Positions 38,578-48,027 are shown, numbered from the stretch's first letter. The stretch: DNA of 63,258 nt from Verrucomicrobiota bacterium (GCA_038205745.1 JBBRBM010000006.1:1-63258); one strand, 5' to 3'. The notes: generated by a model from the letters alone, not told the origin. Numbers and translations are program-made.

Positions 38578-38595
38578 TTGTGAAAAAAATCACTA
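38578..38595. promoter_or_regulatory. Palindromic operator upstream of nuoB (Rex- or CRP/FNR-like)
   Basis: TTGTGAAAAAAATCACTA resembles Rex TTGTGAA-N4-TTCACAA and CRP TGTGA-N6-TCACA; lies just upstream of the -35. Confidence 0.5.
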
Positions 38596-38600
38596 ATCAC

Positions 38601-38629
38601 TTGCCTGCCAAAAACTCGGTCAGTACGTT
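38601..38629 (+). promoter_or_regulatory. Sigma70-type promoter of the nuo operon
   Basis: TTGCCT - 17 nt - TACGTT, about 40 nt upstream of the nuoB ATG. Confidence 0.55.
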
Positions 38630-38668
38630 GCGCCGCCGACGGTTTCGGCCGAAGCACTGCAGGCGGAC

Positions 38669-39190
38669 ATGCAACCGACAAACTCCACCGTCGAGTTGGG
38701 CTACAACTCGAAAGTCGAAGGTGACGTCATTGTCACCCGTGCCGATGCTGCCTTGAACTGGTTTCGCCGTAACTCACTCTGGCCCATGCCCATGGGGCTC
38801 GCCTGCTGCGCCATCGAGTTGATGGCGGCGGGCGCGAGCCGGTTTGACATCGCGCGGTTCGGTGCGGAGGTCATGCGATTTTCTCCCCGGCAATCTGACC
38901 TCATGATCGTCGCTGGCACGGTCACTTACAAAATGGCGCTCGCGGTGAAGCGCATCTACGACCAGATGGCGGAGCCGAAGTGGGTCATCGCGATGGGCGC
39001 GTGTGCTTCCACCGGCGGCATGTATCGCAGTTACGCGGTGCTGCAAGGCGTGGACAACATCATCCCCGTGGACATTTACGTTGCGGGTTGCCCGCCGCGG
39101 CCCGAGGCGCTGCTCGATGCACTGATCAAGATGCAGGAAAAGGTCGGCAAGGAATCCGCCCTTGGCATCCGAAAGAAAGCCGCCGCTTAA
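38669..39190 (+). CDS. nuoB: NADH-quinone oxidoreductase subunit B
   Basis: [32 protein letters not shown]. Confidence 0.97.
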   Translation: MQPTNSTVELGYNSKVEGDVIVTRADAALNWFRRNSLWPMPMGLACCAIELMAAGASRFDIARFGAEVMRFSPRQSDLMIVAGTVTYKMALAVKRIYDQMAEPKWVIAMGACASTGGMYRSYAVLQGVDNIIPVDIYVAGCPPRPEALLDALIKMQEKVGKESALGIRKKAAA

Positions 39191-39204
39191 ATTGTAAATC
39201 TCCC

Positions 39205-39882
39205 GTGGCTGCCATCGATCTCGCAAAACAACTCAAGGACAAGTTCGGTGATCTGATCTCCGATCCGGCTGAGTTTCGTGACGAGGTGACGCTGAAAGTT
39301 GCCGATGCCGAGCGAATCGCAGAGGTCTGCGACTTCGCGAAAAAGTCCCTCGGGTTCAACATGCTGGTTGATCTGAGCAGCATTGATAATTACGGCGAGG
39401 ACCCGCGATGGACTTTGGTTTATGAGCTCTATCACATGGAGCAAAAGGCGCATCTCCGGCTGAAGACCGACGTCAGCGAAGAAAAGTCGGAGTTGCCGAC
39501 CATCGTGAATGTGTGGCGCACGGCCAATTGGCACGAGCGCGAGATTTACGACATGATGGGGATTCGATTCCGCGGTCATCCCGATCTGCGGCGCATCCTG
39601 ATGTGGGATGGCTATCCTTACTTCCCGTTGCGAAAGGATTTTCCTCTCGCGGGCAAGCCGACGGAACTTCCCGAAGTGGCCTTTACCAAACCCGCACCGC
39701 TCGAAGGCGGGCCGTTTGTGACGGTGCCGGGTGGCAAGGATTCACTGGCTCGCGAACCGCGCGTGCGCGTGCCGCTAACGGAATCGGTCGAAACCGTTTC
39801 GCGCCTGGAACGTCGTCTCGATGTAAAGCCGGCGCATGAACCGGACCAGCCGCAGCCGAATGCGGCGATGCCGAAATCGTAA
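39205..39882 (+). CDS. nuoC: NADH-quinone oxidoreductase subunit C
   Basis: ANWHEREIYDMMGI.F.GHPDLRRIL...PLRKDFP; GTG start inferred. Confidence 0.95.
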   Translation: MAAIDLAKQLKDKFGDLISDPAEFRDEVTLKVADAERIAEVCDFAKKSLGFNMLVDLSSIDNYGEDPRWTLVYELYHMEQKAHLRLKTDVSEEKSELPTIVNVWRTANWHEREIYDMMGIRFRGHPDLRRILMWDGYPYFPLRKDFPLAGKPTELPEVAFTKPAPLEGGPFVTVPGGKDSLAREPRVRVPLTESVETVSRLERRLDVKPAHEPDQPQPNAAMPKS

Positions 39883-41186
39883 TGGCCACGACTCAAGAAA
39901 TTACTTTTCGTGACGGGCCTTCGCGGATGGCCGCGGAGGACGCGAAGCAACACGCCGTTGGGCCGGGCGTGGCGCAGCAGCAATCGGAACTCGAAGGCGA
40001 ACAGATGGTGCTCAACATGGGGCCGTCGCATCCCGCCACGCACGGCGTCTTGCGCCTCGTGCTGGAGTTGGACGGCGAGATCATCACCAAGGCGATTCCC
40101 GACGTCGGCTACCTGCATCGCGGTGACGAGAAGATCGCGGAGAACATGACATACACCCAATTCATCCCTTACACGGATCGACTGGATTACCTCTCGCCGC
40201 TCGCGAACAACGTGGCTTACGCGCTTGCGGTCGAGAAGCTGATGGGCATCGACAAAGCGCTGCCGCCGCGTTGCCAATACATCCGCGTGATCTGCTGCGA
40301 GCTGGCTCGCATCTCGTCACATCTGCTGGGCGTAGGCTGCTTCGGGATGGACCTGGGAGCCCTGACCGTGTTCATGCACACGTTCACCGAGCGCGAAAAA
40401 ATTTATAACCTTGCCGAGTCGCTCACCGGCGCGCGCTTCACGACAAGTTACACGCGCATCGGCGGCGTTTCACGCGATACGCCGAATGGCTGGATCGCGG
40501 CGGTTGGAAAATTTTGTGATGAAGTGGTGACGAACTTCGATGAGTCCGAAACGTTGCTGACGCGCAATCGAATCTTCGTCGATCGCACGCGGGATGTCGG
40601 AATCATCTCGAAGGAGGACGCGATTGACTACGGGTTGACGGGGCCGAATCTGCGTGGCTCCGGCGTCGATTACGACGTGCGCAAGGCGAAGCCGTATCTC
40701 ATTTACGACCAGCTCGAGTTCGATGTCGCGCTCGGTTCGGTGGGCGATTGCTACGATCGTTACCTCGTGCGCATGGAAGAAATGCGGCAGAGCGTCCGCA
40801 TCATTCGCCAGTGTCTTAAAAACATTCCCGGCGGTGCGAACAACGAAGGCAACGAGCCTGTGCGTGTGAACGACGGCAAGGTCACGCTTCCGGCGAAGGA
40901 CAAAGTGATGAGCAGCATGGAAGAGCTGATTCATCACTTCATCAACGTGACGCAGGGCGTGAACGCCCCGGTCGGCGAAGTGTATTTCGGCGCGGAGAAT
41001 CCGAAGGGCGAATTGGGCTTCTACATCAATTCGCGCGGTGGCGGAACGCCGTATCGGATGAAGATCCGCGGGCCATCGTTTTGCAACTTGAGCATCCTGC
41101 CGCATCTCGTGCCCGGCAACATGCTGAGCGACGTGGTGAGCATTTTGGGCTCGCTCGATTTCGTGATGGGAGAGTGCGATCGATGA
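39882..41186 (+). CDS. nuoD: NADH-quinone oxidoreductase subunit D
   Basis: NMGPSHPATHGVLR, GYLHRG.EK, GDCYDRY, ENPKGELG, GECDR. Confidence 0.97.
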   Translation: MATTQEITFRDGPSRMAAEDAKQHAVGPGVAQQQSELEGEQMVLNMGPSHPATHGVLRLVLELDGEIITKAIPDVGYLHRGDEKIAENMTYTQFIPYTDRLDYLSPLANNVAYALAVEKLMGIDKALPPRCQYIRVICCELARISSHLLGVGCFGMDLGALTVFMHTFTEREKIYNLAESLTGARFTTSYTRIGGVSRDTPNGWIAAVGKFCDEVVTNFDESETLLTRNRIFVDRTRDVGIISKEDAIDYGLTGPNLRGSGVDYDVRKAKPYLIYDQLEFDVALGSVGDCYDRYLVRMEEMRQSVRIIRQCLKNIPGGANNEGNEPVRVNDGKVTLPAKDKVMSSMEELIHHFINVTQGVNAPVGEVYFGAENPKGELGFYINSRGGGTPYRMKIRGPSFCNLSILPHLVPGNMLSDVVSILGSLDFVMGECDR

Positions 41187-41722
41187 GCGCCGAGACTTAC
41201 GAACCCATTCCGAATTCGTTGCGGAGCGATCCAAAGTGGAGGGTCACGCCCGAGATCGAGGCCGAGGTCAACGAATTGCTCACGCATTACCCGGCGGACA
41301 AACAGCGCGCCGCATCGCTCATGGTGCTGCACGCGATTCAGGAGTTGCACGGCTGGATTCCGCAGGAAGCCGTGGAGTGGACGGCGAAGAAGCTCGGACT
41401 GTCGCCGATCAACATCTACGAGATCGTGACGTTTTATCCGATGCTCCGTCGCGAGCCGTTCGGGACGCATCATTTGAAAGTTTGCCGCACGTTGAGCTGC
41501 GCGCTCGGCGGCTCCGGTGAACTTCACAAACATTTCTGTCAGAAGCTGGGACTGGATTCCCACGCGCATGGGCCGCAGACGACGAAGGACGGCAAATACA
41601 CGGTCGAGTTTGTCGAATGCCTCGCGAGTTGCGGCACCGCTCCGGTGATGATGTGCAACGAGGATTTCTACGAGGGGGTCAGCAACGCGAAGGCGGATCA
41701 GCTTTTGGAGAAATACAAGTGA
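41183..41722 (+). CDS. nuoE: NADH-quinone oxidoreductase subunit E
   Basis: TFYPM, VCRTLSC, VECLASC 2Fe-2S ligands. Confidence 0.95.
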   Translation: MSAETYEPIPNSLRSDPKWRVTPEIEAEVNELLTHYPADKQRAASLMVLHAIQELHGWIPQEAVEWTAKKLGLSPINIYEIVTFYPMLRREPFGTHHLKVCRTLSCALGGSGELHKHFCQKLGLDSHAHGPQTTKDGKYTVEFVECLASCGTAPVMMCNEDFYEGVSNAKADQLLEKYK

Positions 41723-41745
41723 GGTCATGTCGACGAAGCGCAAAC

Positions 41746-41943
41746 ATGAAGACGACGCTGAAAGATTGGCCCAAGGTGCATCGAAAGCTCAAGGGCATGC
41801 CCGGCCTCGACGAGCACGAAACAATCCTGTTCGCAAGGTTCGCCGCGGCGACGCCGGACGAACGATGGCAGATGAACGTGAATTATCTCCGTTCGCTCGG
41901 CTTGTGGGGGCGCTCGACGGTGAAAACATCCGGTTCCAGGTGA
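41746..41943 (+). CDS. Small hypothetical protein (putative antitoxin partner of the NTase)
   Basis: 65 aa with a TPDERW motif; overlaps the downstream NTase gene, as is typical of TA-like pairs. Confidence 0.55.
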   Translation: MKTTLKDWPKVHRKLKGMPGLDEHETILFARFAAATPDERWQMNVNYLRSLGLWGRSTVKTSGSR

Positions 41944-42320
41944 TCGGCATGTCGGCCGCGAATCTCCAAGGCGTTCCCGGTTCCACAGTGGGTGTGGATC
42001 TCTGGCTGGATTTGTCGCCGCGCAACGACATGCGGGCGATTAACCTCGCGGTGCGGCAGGGTGCGCAAATGGTGCGGAACACGGTGGTGGAGTTGGCGGA
42101 CGGAACCATGGTGAATTTTGTTTATGAAGTGACCGGGCTGCCAGCTTTCAAACGTGTCTTCTCGAAAGCGATTTGGATGGAATGGCAGGGGACAGAAATC
42201 GCGGTGTTGCCGCTTGAACTGATCGAGAAAAGCAAACGTGCCATTGGCCGTCCCAAAGATTTGTTGCATCTGGAACTCATTCGCCAGCGTTACGAAGTGA
42301 TCAAACGAGGTGGAAAATGA
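41865..42320 (+). CDS. Nucleotidyltransferase-fold protein (DUF6036/AbiEii-like)
   Basis: FQVIGMSAANLQGVPGSTVGVDLWL and KSKRAIGRPKD motifs; the expected DxD appears as GVD. Confidence 0.65.
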   Translation: MADERELSPFARLVGALDGENIRFQVIGMSAANLQGVPGSTVGVDLWLDLSPRNDMRAINLAVRQGAQMVRNTVVELADGTMVNFVYEVTGLPAFKRVFSKAIWMEWQGTEIAVLPLELIEKSKRAIGRPKDLLHLELIRQRYEVIKRGGK

Positions 42321-42322
42321 AT

Positions 42323-42396
42323 TGGCTGCCCGACATGGATTTGAACCATGACAAACAGATTCAGAGTCTGTTGTGCTACCGTTACACCATCGGGCA
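42323..42396 (-). tRNA. tRNA-Gln (anticodon CTG), CCA encoded
   Basis: Minus strand TGCCCGA TGGTGTAACGGTAGCAC A ACAGA-CTCTGAA-TCTGT TTGT CATGG-TTCAAAT-CCATG TCGGGCA G CCA; all stems pair. Confidence 0.95.
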
Positions 42397-42412
42397 GTGG
42401 CGAAGCGGCGTG

Positions 42413-42440
42413 AAGGTATCGCCTTGGAGCGCTGAGTCAA
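42413..42440 (-). promoter_or_regulatory. Sigma70 promoter for tRNA-Gln
   Basis: Minus strand TTGACT - 16 nt - TACCTT followed by GC-rich CACGCCGC, as in stable-RNA promoters. Confidence 0.65.
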
Positions 42441-42450
42441 GAAACTGAAT

Positions 42451-43878
42451 ATGCCCGAGCAATACCGCCTCATCCTCAAGAACATCGACGCGCCGGGTTA
42501 CTCGATCGACATCGAGTGTTACCTGCGGCACGGCGGCTATGGGGCTTGGAAGAAGGCGCTGGCATTGCCCGCGAAGGAATTGCCGGATGGCAAGAAGCTC
42601 ACGGCGCAGGAACAACTGCGCGAGGATGTGAAGGCATCGGGGCTGCGCGGTCGTGGCGGCGCCGGGTTTTCGGCGGGGCTCAAGTGGAGCTTCGTGGACC
42701 GCAAAAGCGGCAAGCCGATTTACCTCATCTGCAACGCGGACGAATCAGAGCCGGGCACCTTCAAGGATCGCCAGATCATCCACAAAGATCCGCATCAGCT
42801 CATCGAGGGGATGATCATCTCGTGCTTCGCGAACGACGTGAAGCTCGCCTACATCTACATCCGCGGCGAGATGCCCGAGGGTGCGCGTATTTTGAATCGC
42901 GCGTTGAAGGAGGCGCGTGCGAAGGGTTTTCTCGGCAAGAATATTCTCGGCAGCGGCTACGATTTGGAGATTCACGTTCATCGTGGCGCAGGCGCTTACA
43001 TCTGCGGCGAGGAGACGGGCTTGATCGAATCGCTTGAAGGCAAGCGGCCCTATCCGCGCATCAAGCCACCTTACTTTCCCGCGATCCTCGGCCTCTGGAT
43101 GTGCCCGACGATCGTCAACAACGTCGAAACGCTCTGCAACGTGAAGCACATCGTCGAGATGGGCACGGCGAATTTCGCGAAGCTCGGCACGCCGAACAAC
43201 ACCGGCACGCGCATCGTGAGCCTCAGCGGCCAGGTGAAGAAGCCGGGCTATTACGAAATCGAAGTCGGCAAGGTCACCATCGGCGAGTTGATTTTTCACG
43301 AGAACTTCGGCGGCGGCTTGCGTGATGGTCGAAAACTCAAGGCAGTAATTCCCGGCGGTTCATCGGCGAAAGTTTTCAAGGCCGGCGAAAAGTTTAAGAT
43401 CAAGAAGAAGAACCCGGACGGCACGATGGCGGAAGTCGAGACGGACATGCTCGATCTGCCCTATGACTTCGACACGCTCATCGCCGCCGGCTCCATGTCC
43501 GGTTCCAGCGCCATTATTGTGATGGATGACTCCGTGGATATCGTCGAAGCGCTCGCGAATCTCAGTGAGTTTTACGCGCACGAGAGTTGCGGCCAATGCA
43601 CACCTTGCCGCGAAGGTTCGCTGTGGATGAGCAAGGCGCTTCATCGCCTCACGCATGGTGAAGGCCGGAAGAGCGACGCGGATTACCTGCTCGGCATCGC
43701 GAACAACATTCCCGGCGGCCGCACCATTTGCGCCTTCGGCGAAGCCTGCTCGTGGCCCGTGCAGAGTTTCGTCGGGAAATTCAAGGACGAGTTCATCGCG
43801 AAGGGTGCGGAAGCCGAAGCGCGCCGCGGCGGTGCTGGTCCGATGTACGACATCAAAATCGCTGCGAGCCCAGAATGA
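42451..43878 (+). CDS. nuoF: NADH-quinone oxidoreductase subunit F
   Basis: GLRGRGGAGF, NADESEPGTFKDR, GAGAYICGEET, ESCGQCTPCREG. Confidence 0.97.
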   Translation: MPEQYRLILKNIDAPGYSIDIECYLRHGGYGAWKKALALPAKELPDGKKLTAQEQLREDVKASGLRGRGGAGFSAGLKWSFVDRKSGKPIYLICNADESEPGTFKDRQIIHKDPHQLIEGMIISCFANDVKLAYIYIRGEMPEGARILNRALKEARAKGFLGKNILGSGYDLEIHVHRGAGAYICGEETGLIESLEGKRPYPRIKPPYFPAILGLWMCPTIVNNVETLCNVKHIVEMGTANFAKLGTPNNTGTRIVSLSGQVKKPGYYEIEVGKVTIGELIFHENFGGGLRDGRKLKAVIPGGSSAKVFKAGEKFKIKKKNPDGTMAEVETDMLDLPYDFDTLIAAGSMSGSSAIIVMDDSVDIVEALANLSEFYAHESCGQCTPCREGSLWMSKALHRLTHGEGRKSDADYLLGIANNIPGGRTICAFGEACSWPVQSFVGKFKDEFIAKGAEAEARRGGAGPMYDIKIAASPE

Positions 43879-43888
43879 GAGAGGAACG

Positions 43889-44194
43889 ATGCCCAAGCTT
43901 TACGAATACTTCGGCATCGTCGTTTACTTTTACACGAATGAACACGAACCGATTCACGTTCACGGCCGCCACGCCGGGTGCGAGAGCAAAGCGGAAATCA
44001 TCCGCGAGAATGGCCGCGTCGTGGGCATCGTGTTTCGTGACATTCCCGGAAAACGGCCGCTCGAAGGAGCCAAGCTTCGGAATTTTCAAGAGCTGGTTGA
44101 AGCAAAGGCCGAGGAAATCGTGGAGCGATGGATTAACTTCTTCGTGCATAACATTCGCAGCAAACCCGAGATCATTACGCGGAGGGTGAAATGA
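43889..44194 (+). CDS. DUF4160 domain protein (putative TA component)
   Basis: MPKLYEYFGIVVYFYTNEHEPIHVH signature. Confidence 0.85.
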   Translation: MPKLYEYFGIVVYFYTNEHEPIHVHGRHAGCESKAEIIRENGRVVGIVFRDIPGKRPLEGAKLRNFQELVEAKAEEIVERWINFFVHNIRSKPEIITRRVK

Positions 44195-44448
44195 AAACGA
44201 CGACGCAGTACCTGGAGATTACGAACGCCGAATATGTTTCTGGATACAAGATCCGGCTCACGTTCAACGACGGCAAAGTTCACGTCATGGATTTCGGCCC
44301 GTTGCTGAAGAAGGCCCGCAATCCTGACACGACTGATTATCGCGACCTCAAAAAGTTCAAGACGTTCCGCATCGTGGATGGCGACCTGATGTGGGGAGAT
44401 TACCAAATGATTTTCCCTATCATGGATTTGTATCGCGGAGAAATCTGA
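44191..44448 (+). CDS. DUF2442 domain protein (putative TA component)
   Basis: Y..GYKIRLTFNDG...DF...F...G.L.W; ATGA overlap with the DUF4160 gene. Confidence 0.85.
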   Translation: MKTTTQYLEITNAEYVSGYKIRLTFNDGKVHVMDFGPLLKKARNPDTTDYRDLKKFKTFRIVDGDLMWGDYQMIFPIMDLYRGEI

Positions 44449-46139
44449 TGTCCACCGCCGCAACAACCGAGCAAAAGTCTGCCACGTCGCCGGTCGAGAC
44501 CATCGCCGTAAAAGTCGATGGCAAGGCCGTGCAGGTGCCGAAGACGACGCCAGACCCGGTCACTGGCAGGCCGATTCCCACCACGATGATCCAGGCCACG
44601 AATCTGGCGAAGGTGGACGTGCCGCATTACTGCTATCATCCCAAGCTGCCGGTTTCGGGCAATTGCCGCATGTGCCTCGTCGAGTTTGGCACACCAGCGA
44701 TGGGGCCGGATCGCAAGCCCATTCTCAACGAGGACGGCACGCCGAAGATCGCGAAGTCGCCGCGGCCCGTCATCGCGTGCGCCACACCGATTTCGCCGGG
44801 AATGGAGATTTACACCACCACGCCTGCGGTGAAGCAGATGCGTGAAGGCGTGCTCGAATCGTTGCTCATCAATCATCCGCTCGACTGCCCGATTTGCGAT
44901 CAGGCCGGCGAGTGCAAGCTCCAGGAATACTCGGTCGATTACGGCCAGTCGCAGAGCCGCTTCGTGGAGCACAAGGTTCACAAGCCCAAGCGCATTGATC
45001 TTGGCCCGCGCATCGTGCTTGATGCCGAACGCTGCATCCTTTGCACGCGCTGCATTCGCTTCACAAAGGATGTCGCGGGCGATGACGCGCTCGGCATCGT
45101 GAACCGCGGCAGTTACAACACGATCTCGGCGTTCCCTGGCAAACCGTTCGACAACAATTACACGCTCAACACCGTGGACATCTGTCCCGTGGGCGCGCTT
45201 ACGTCGAAAGATTTTCGCTTCAAGATGCGCGTGTGGTTCCTCAAGGAAACCAGGAGCCTCTGCACGAGTTGCGGCACGGGCTGCAACATCGTCATTGGTT
45301 CGCGCGAAGAAAAAATCCATCGCTACGAACCGCGTGAGAACGACGCGGTCAACTCGACTTGGATGTGCGATTACGGTCGGCTCAACTACAAGTGGATCGG
45401 CAGCGAGAAGCGGCTGACGAAGGTTGGAGGTTCCAGGCTGAAGGTTGCTGCTTGGAATACTGCGCTCGCCGAAATCTCGGAAGTGTTGCGCAAAGCAGCG
45501 GTTGGTTCCGTTGCCATCGTCGCGTCGGCTCGGCAGACGAATGAAGAGTTGTTCCTGCTGAAGAAACTAGCGACGAAGTTCGATGCGCTCACTGATTCCG
45601 TCCCGCGCATCGCGGAAAGCGACAAGCTGCTGCTCGACGAGGATCGCAATCCGAACACGACCGGTTCGCGACTGATTGGAATATCCTTCACCGAAACCGG
45701 CATCAACCTGCCGAAGATCGCCGACGGCATCCGCGCCGGGAAGATCACGACGTTGATCGTCTTCGGCGAAGATGTAACGAAGCACGGCATCGGCGCCGAC
45801 CTGCTGGCGAAACTCGACACGCTGATCGTCAGCGACATTTTGCCGAACAAGACGACGGAGGTTGCGCACTACTTGTTGCCCGGCTGCGCGCACGCCGAGA
45901 AGCGCGGCTCGTTCACCAACATCAAAGGCCGCGTGCAGCGATTCCTGAAAGCCGTTGAGCCGCGCGGCGATGCACGACCTGAGTGGGAGTTTCTCCACGA
46001 GTTGGTTCATAACGTGACCGGCCAGAATGGCTTTGTGAGCATTGAAGGGTTGTTTAACCAGATGGCGAAGGAAGTGCCCGCGTTCAACGGCGTGACTTGG
46101 GCCGCGCTCGGCGATAACGGCGTGACGGTGGAAATCTGA
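44448..46139 (+). CDS. nuoG: NADH-quinone oxidoreductase subunit G (short form)
   Basis: PHYCYHP, GNCRMCLVE, NHPLDCPICDQAGEC.LQ, RCILCTRCIRF, ICPVGAL; TGATG overlap with DUF2442. Confidence 0.95.
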   Translation: MSTAATTEQKSATSPVETIAVKVDGKAVQVPKTTPDPVTGRPIPTTMIQATNLAKVDVPHYCYHPKLPVSGNCRMCLVEFGTPAMGPDRKPILNEDGTPKIAKSPRPVIACATPISPGMEIYTTTPAVKQMREGVLESLLINHPLDCPICDQAGECKLQEYSVDYGQSQSRFVEHKVHKPKRIDLGPRIVLDAERCILCTRCIRFTKDVAGDDALGIVNRGSYNTISAFPGKPFDNNYTLNTVDICPVGALTSKDFRFKMRVWFLKETRSLCTSCGTGCNIVIGSREEKIHRYEPRENDAVNSTWMCDYGRLNYKWIGSEKRLTKVGGSRLKVAAWNTALAEISEVLRKAAVGSVAIVASARQTNEELFLLKKLATKFDALTDSVPRIAESDKLLLDEDRNPNTTGSRLIGISFTETGINLPKIADGIRAGKITTLIVFGEDVTKHGIGADLLAKLDTLIVSDILPNKTTEVAHYLLPGCAHAEKRGSFTNIKGRVQRFLKAVEPRGDARPEWEFLHELVHNVTGQNGFVSIEGLFNQMAKEVPAFNGVTWAALGDNGVTVEI

Positions 46140-46143
46140 CGCA

Positions 46144-47313
46144 ATGGACTGGAACTTCATAATTTTCAGCGCGGTGAAGATCGTCGGCGTCATCACCGTG
46201 GTGATGACCTTCGTTGCTTATTCCGTTCTCGTGGAGCGCAAGGTGTCCGCGTGGATTCAGGATCGCGTGGGACCGAATCGAACCGCGCCTCCGCTGTTGG
46301 CCAAGATTCCTGTCATCGGGCCGTTTTTGATTAGCCTCGGTATTTTCCAGCCGATCGCCGACGGCTTGAAGCTGTTCATGAAGGAAGATTTTACGCCATC
46401 GCACGTGCGCAAAAGTTACTTCTGGATCGCGCCCGCAGTTGCGATGGCGCCGTCGTTGATGACCATCGCAGTGATTCCGTTCGGCTCATGGATGGGCTTG
46501 CAGAAGATGGTGATCGCGGATTTGAACGTCGGCGTGCTCTACACCTTCGGCATCGTGTCGCTGGCGGTTTACGGCCTGGTGCTCGCGGGATATGCAGCGA
46601 ACTCGAAGTATCCGTTTCTCGGCAGCATTCGTTCCAGCGCGCAGATGATTTCCTACGAGATTTCAATGGGCATGTCGGTGATCCCGATCTTCCTCGTCGC
46701 GGCTTCGCTCAATGTCGAAGGGCTTTCGAGTGCGTGGCAGGAACTCTTGAAGGGCACCAGTTCGCTGAACCTCAGCCGCATCGTGGCGTATCAGGCGGAG
46801 CACGGCTGGTTCGCGCTGCCGTTCATGGCGAAGACGCAGACGGCGCTCAGTTACTTTGTGTGGCCGCTGACGTTTATTGCGTTCATCATCTTCCTCGTGT
46901 CCGCGTTTGCTGAAACCAATCGCCTGCCGTTCGACCTGCCGGAATCGGAGACGGAGCTTGTCGGCGGTTATCACACGGAATACAGCTCGATGAAGTTCGG
47001 CCTTTTCTTTCTCGGCGAATACGCGGCGATGATCGCGGCGAACTCGTTGATCGTGACACTGTTCCTCGGCGGCTGGACGCTGCCGTTCGCCGGGCTGGAC
47101 CAACCCGCGACAAGTGTCGCCATCGGCATCGCCCAAATCGCGATCTTCATCGGCAAGATGCTGGCGATGATGGTGGTGATGATCTGGGTGCGCTGGATGT
47201 TGCCGCGCTTTCGCTACGACCAACTCATGGATCTGGGCTGGCGCCGATTCATCCCGGTGGCGCTCGCGAATATTTTGCTCGTGGCCTGCGTGCTATGGGC
47301 GACGACGAAATGA
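46144..47313 (+). CDS. nuoH: NADH-quinone oxidoreductase subunit H
   Basis: ERK...QDR.GPNR, QPIADGLKLF.KE, AQMISYE, ETNRLPFDLPE.E.ELV, PRFRYDQLM. Confidence 0.97.
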   Translation: MDWNFIIFSAVKIVGVITVVMTFVAYSVLVERKVSAWIQDRVGPNRTAPPLLAKIPVIGPFLISLGIFQPIADGLKLFMKEDFTPSHVRKSYFWIAPAVAMAPSLMTIAVIPFGSWMGLQKMVIADLNVGVLYTFGIVSLAVYGLVLAGYAANSKYPFLGSIRSSAQMISYEISMGMSVIPIFLVAASLNVEGLSSAWQELLKGTSSLNLSRIVAYQAEHGWFALPFMAKTQTALSYFVWPLTFIAFIIFLVSAFAETNRLPFDLPESETELVGGYHTEYSSMKFGLFFLGEYAAMIAANSLIVTLFLGGWTLPFAGLDQPATSVAIGIAQIAIFIGKMLAMMVVMIWVRWMLPRFRYDQLMDLGWRRFIPVALANILLVACVLWATTK

Positions 47314-47351
47314 AATCCCGGCAGAACATCGTCACGCCGAAGGCGAGCCTT

Positions 47352-47964
47352 TCATTAGCACCCGGCTGAAGCCGGGTGACACGGCGGGCATGTGATGTTT
47401 CAGCCGCTTCAGCGGCTTTTCGGATCGGTTTGAATGTGGCGGTGAAGAAATGACGTATGCCGCTCCACTCCTACTGCCGCTGCTGGCTGCACCTCACGTG
47501 GGCCACGTTGGAACGTCGTCCCTTACTCGCGCCACCCGCTGCGGCAAAACTTTCGGGATACCTTCACGAATACGCGAAGCACAAGGGCATCTACCTGCGC
47601 ATCAATTATGTGAATGTGGATCACGTTCACGCGTTGATCGACTTACCTGTATCGAGACCCATCGAGGAAGTTCTTCAGTTGCTCAAGGGTGCCTCGTCCC
47701 ATTGGGTGAACGAGAGCAATCTCGTTCCCGCCAAGTTTGGGTGGCAACGCGGGTATGGAGCGTTCTCGGTTTCGCATTCGGGTGTGGAGGAAGTGAGCGC
47801 TTACATCGCAGCCCAAGAAGAGCATCATCGGAAGCGAACGTTCGCCGAGGAAATGAAACTTCTGGTCGAGAAATACGGCTTGCAGTGGCACGAGGAGGAA
47901 AACCGTTGAAACGGTTTTCCTCGATGCGCGACGATTACACCCGGCTAAAGCCGGGTGCTAATGA
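47352..47964. mobile_element. REP-flanked Y1 transposase element (RAYT / IS200-like)
   Basis: Outer inverted hairpins TCATTAGCACCCGGCTGAAGCCGGGTG / CACCCGGCTAAAGCCGGGTGCTAATGA and inner hairpins AGCCGCTTCAGCGGCT / AAAACCGTTGAAACGGTTTT flank the transposase. Confidence 0.85.
47457..47909 (+). CDS. tnpA: IS200/IS605-family (REP-associated-type) tyrosine transposase
   Basis: HUH motif DHVHAL; LKGASS, WQRGYGAFSVS, YI..Q..HH. Confidence 0.9.
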   Translation: MPLHSYCRCWLHLTWATLERRPLLAPPAAAKLSGYLHEYAKHKGIYLRINYVNVDHVHALIDLPVSRPIEEVLQLLKGASSHWVNESNLVPAKFGWQRGYGAFSVSHSGVEEVSAYIAAQEEHHRKRTFAEEMKLLVEKYGLQWHEEENR

Positions 47965-48027
47965 GAGAACGGAAGGGGGGGCGAGTTTGCCACCGTGCCA
48001 TTCTGTTTTCCGAGCACGCAAAGCGAA

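Noticed and set aside
41727-42450. Prophage or integrative island at tRNA-Gln
   Set aside because: No integrase, phage genes or duplicated tRNA 3' end were seen.
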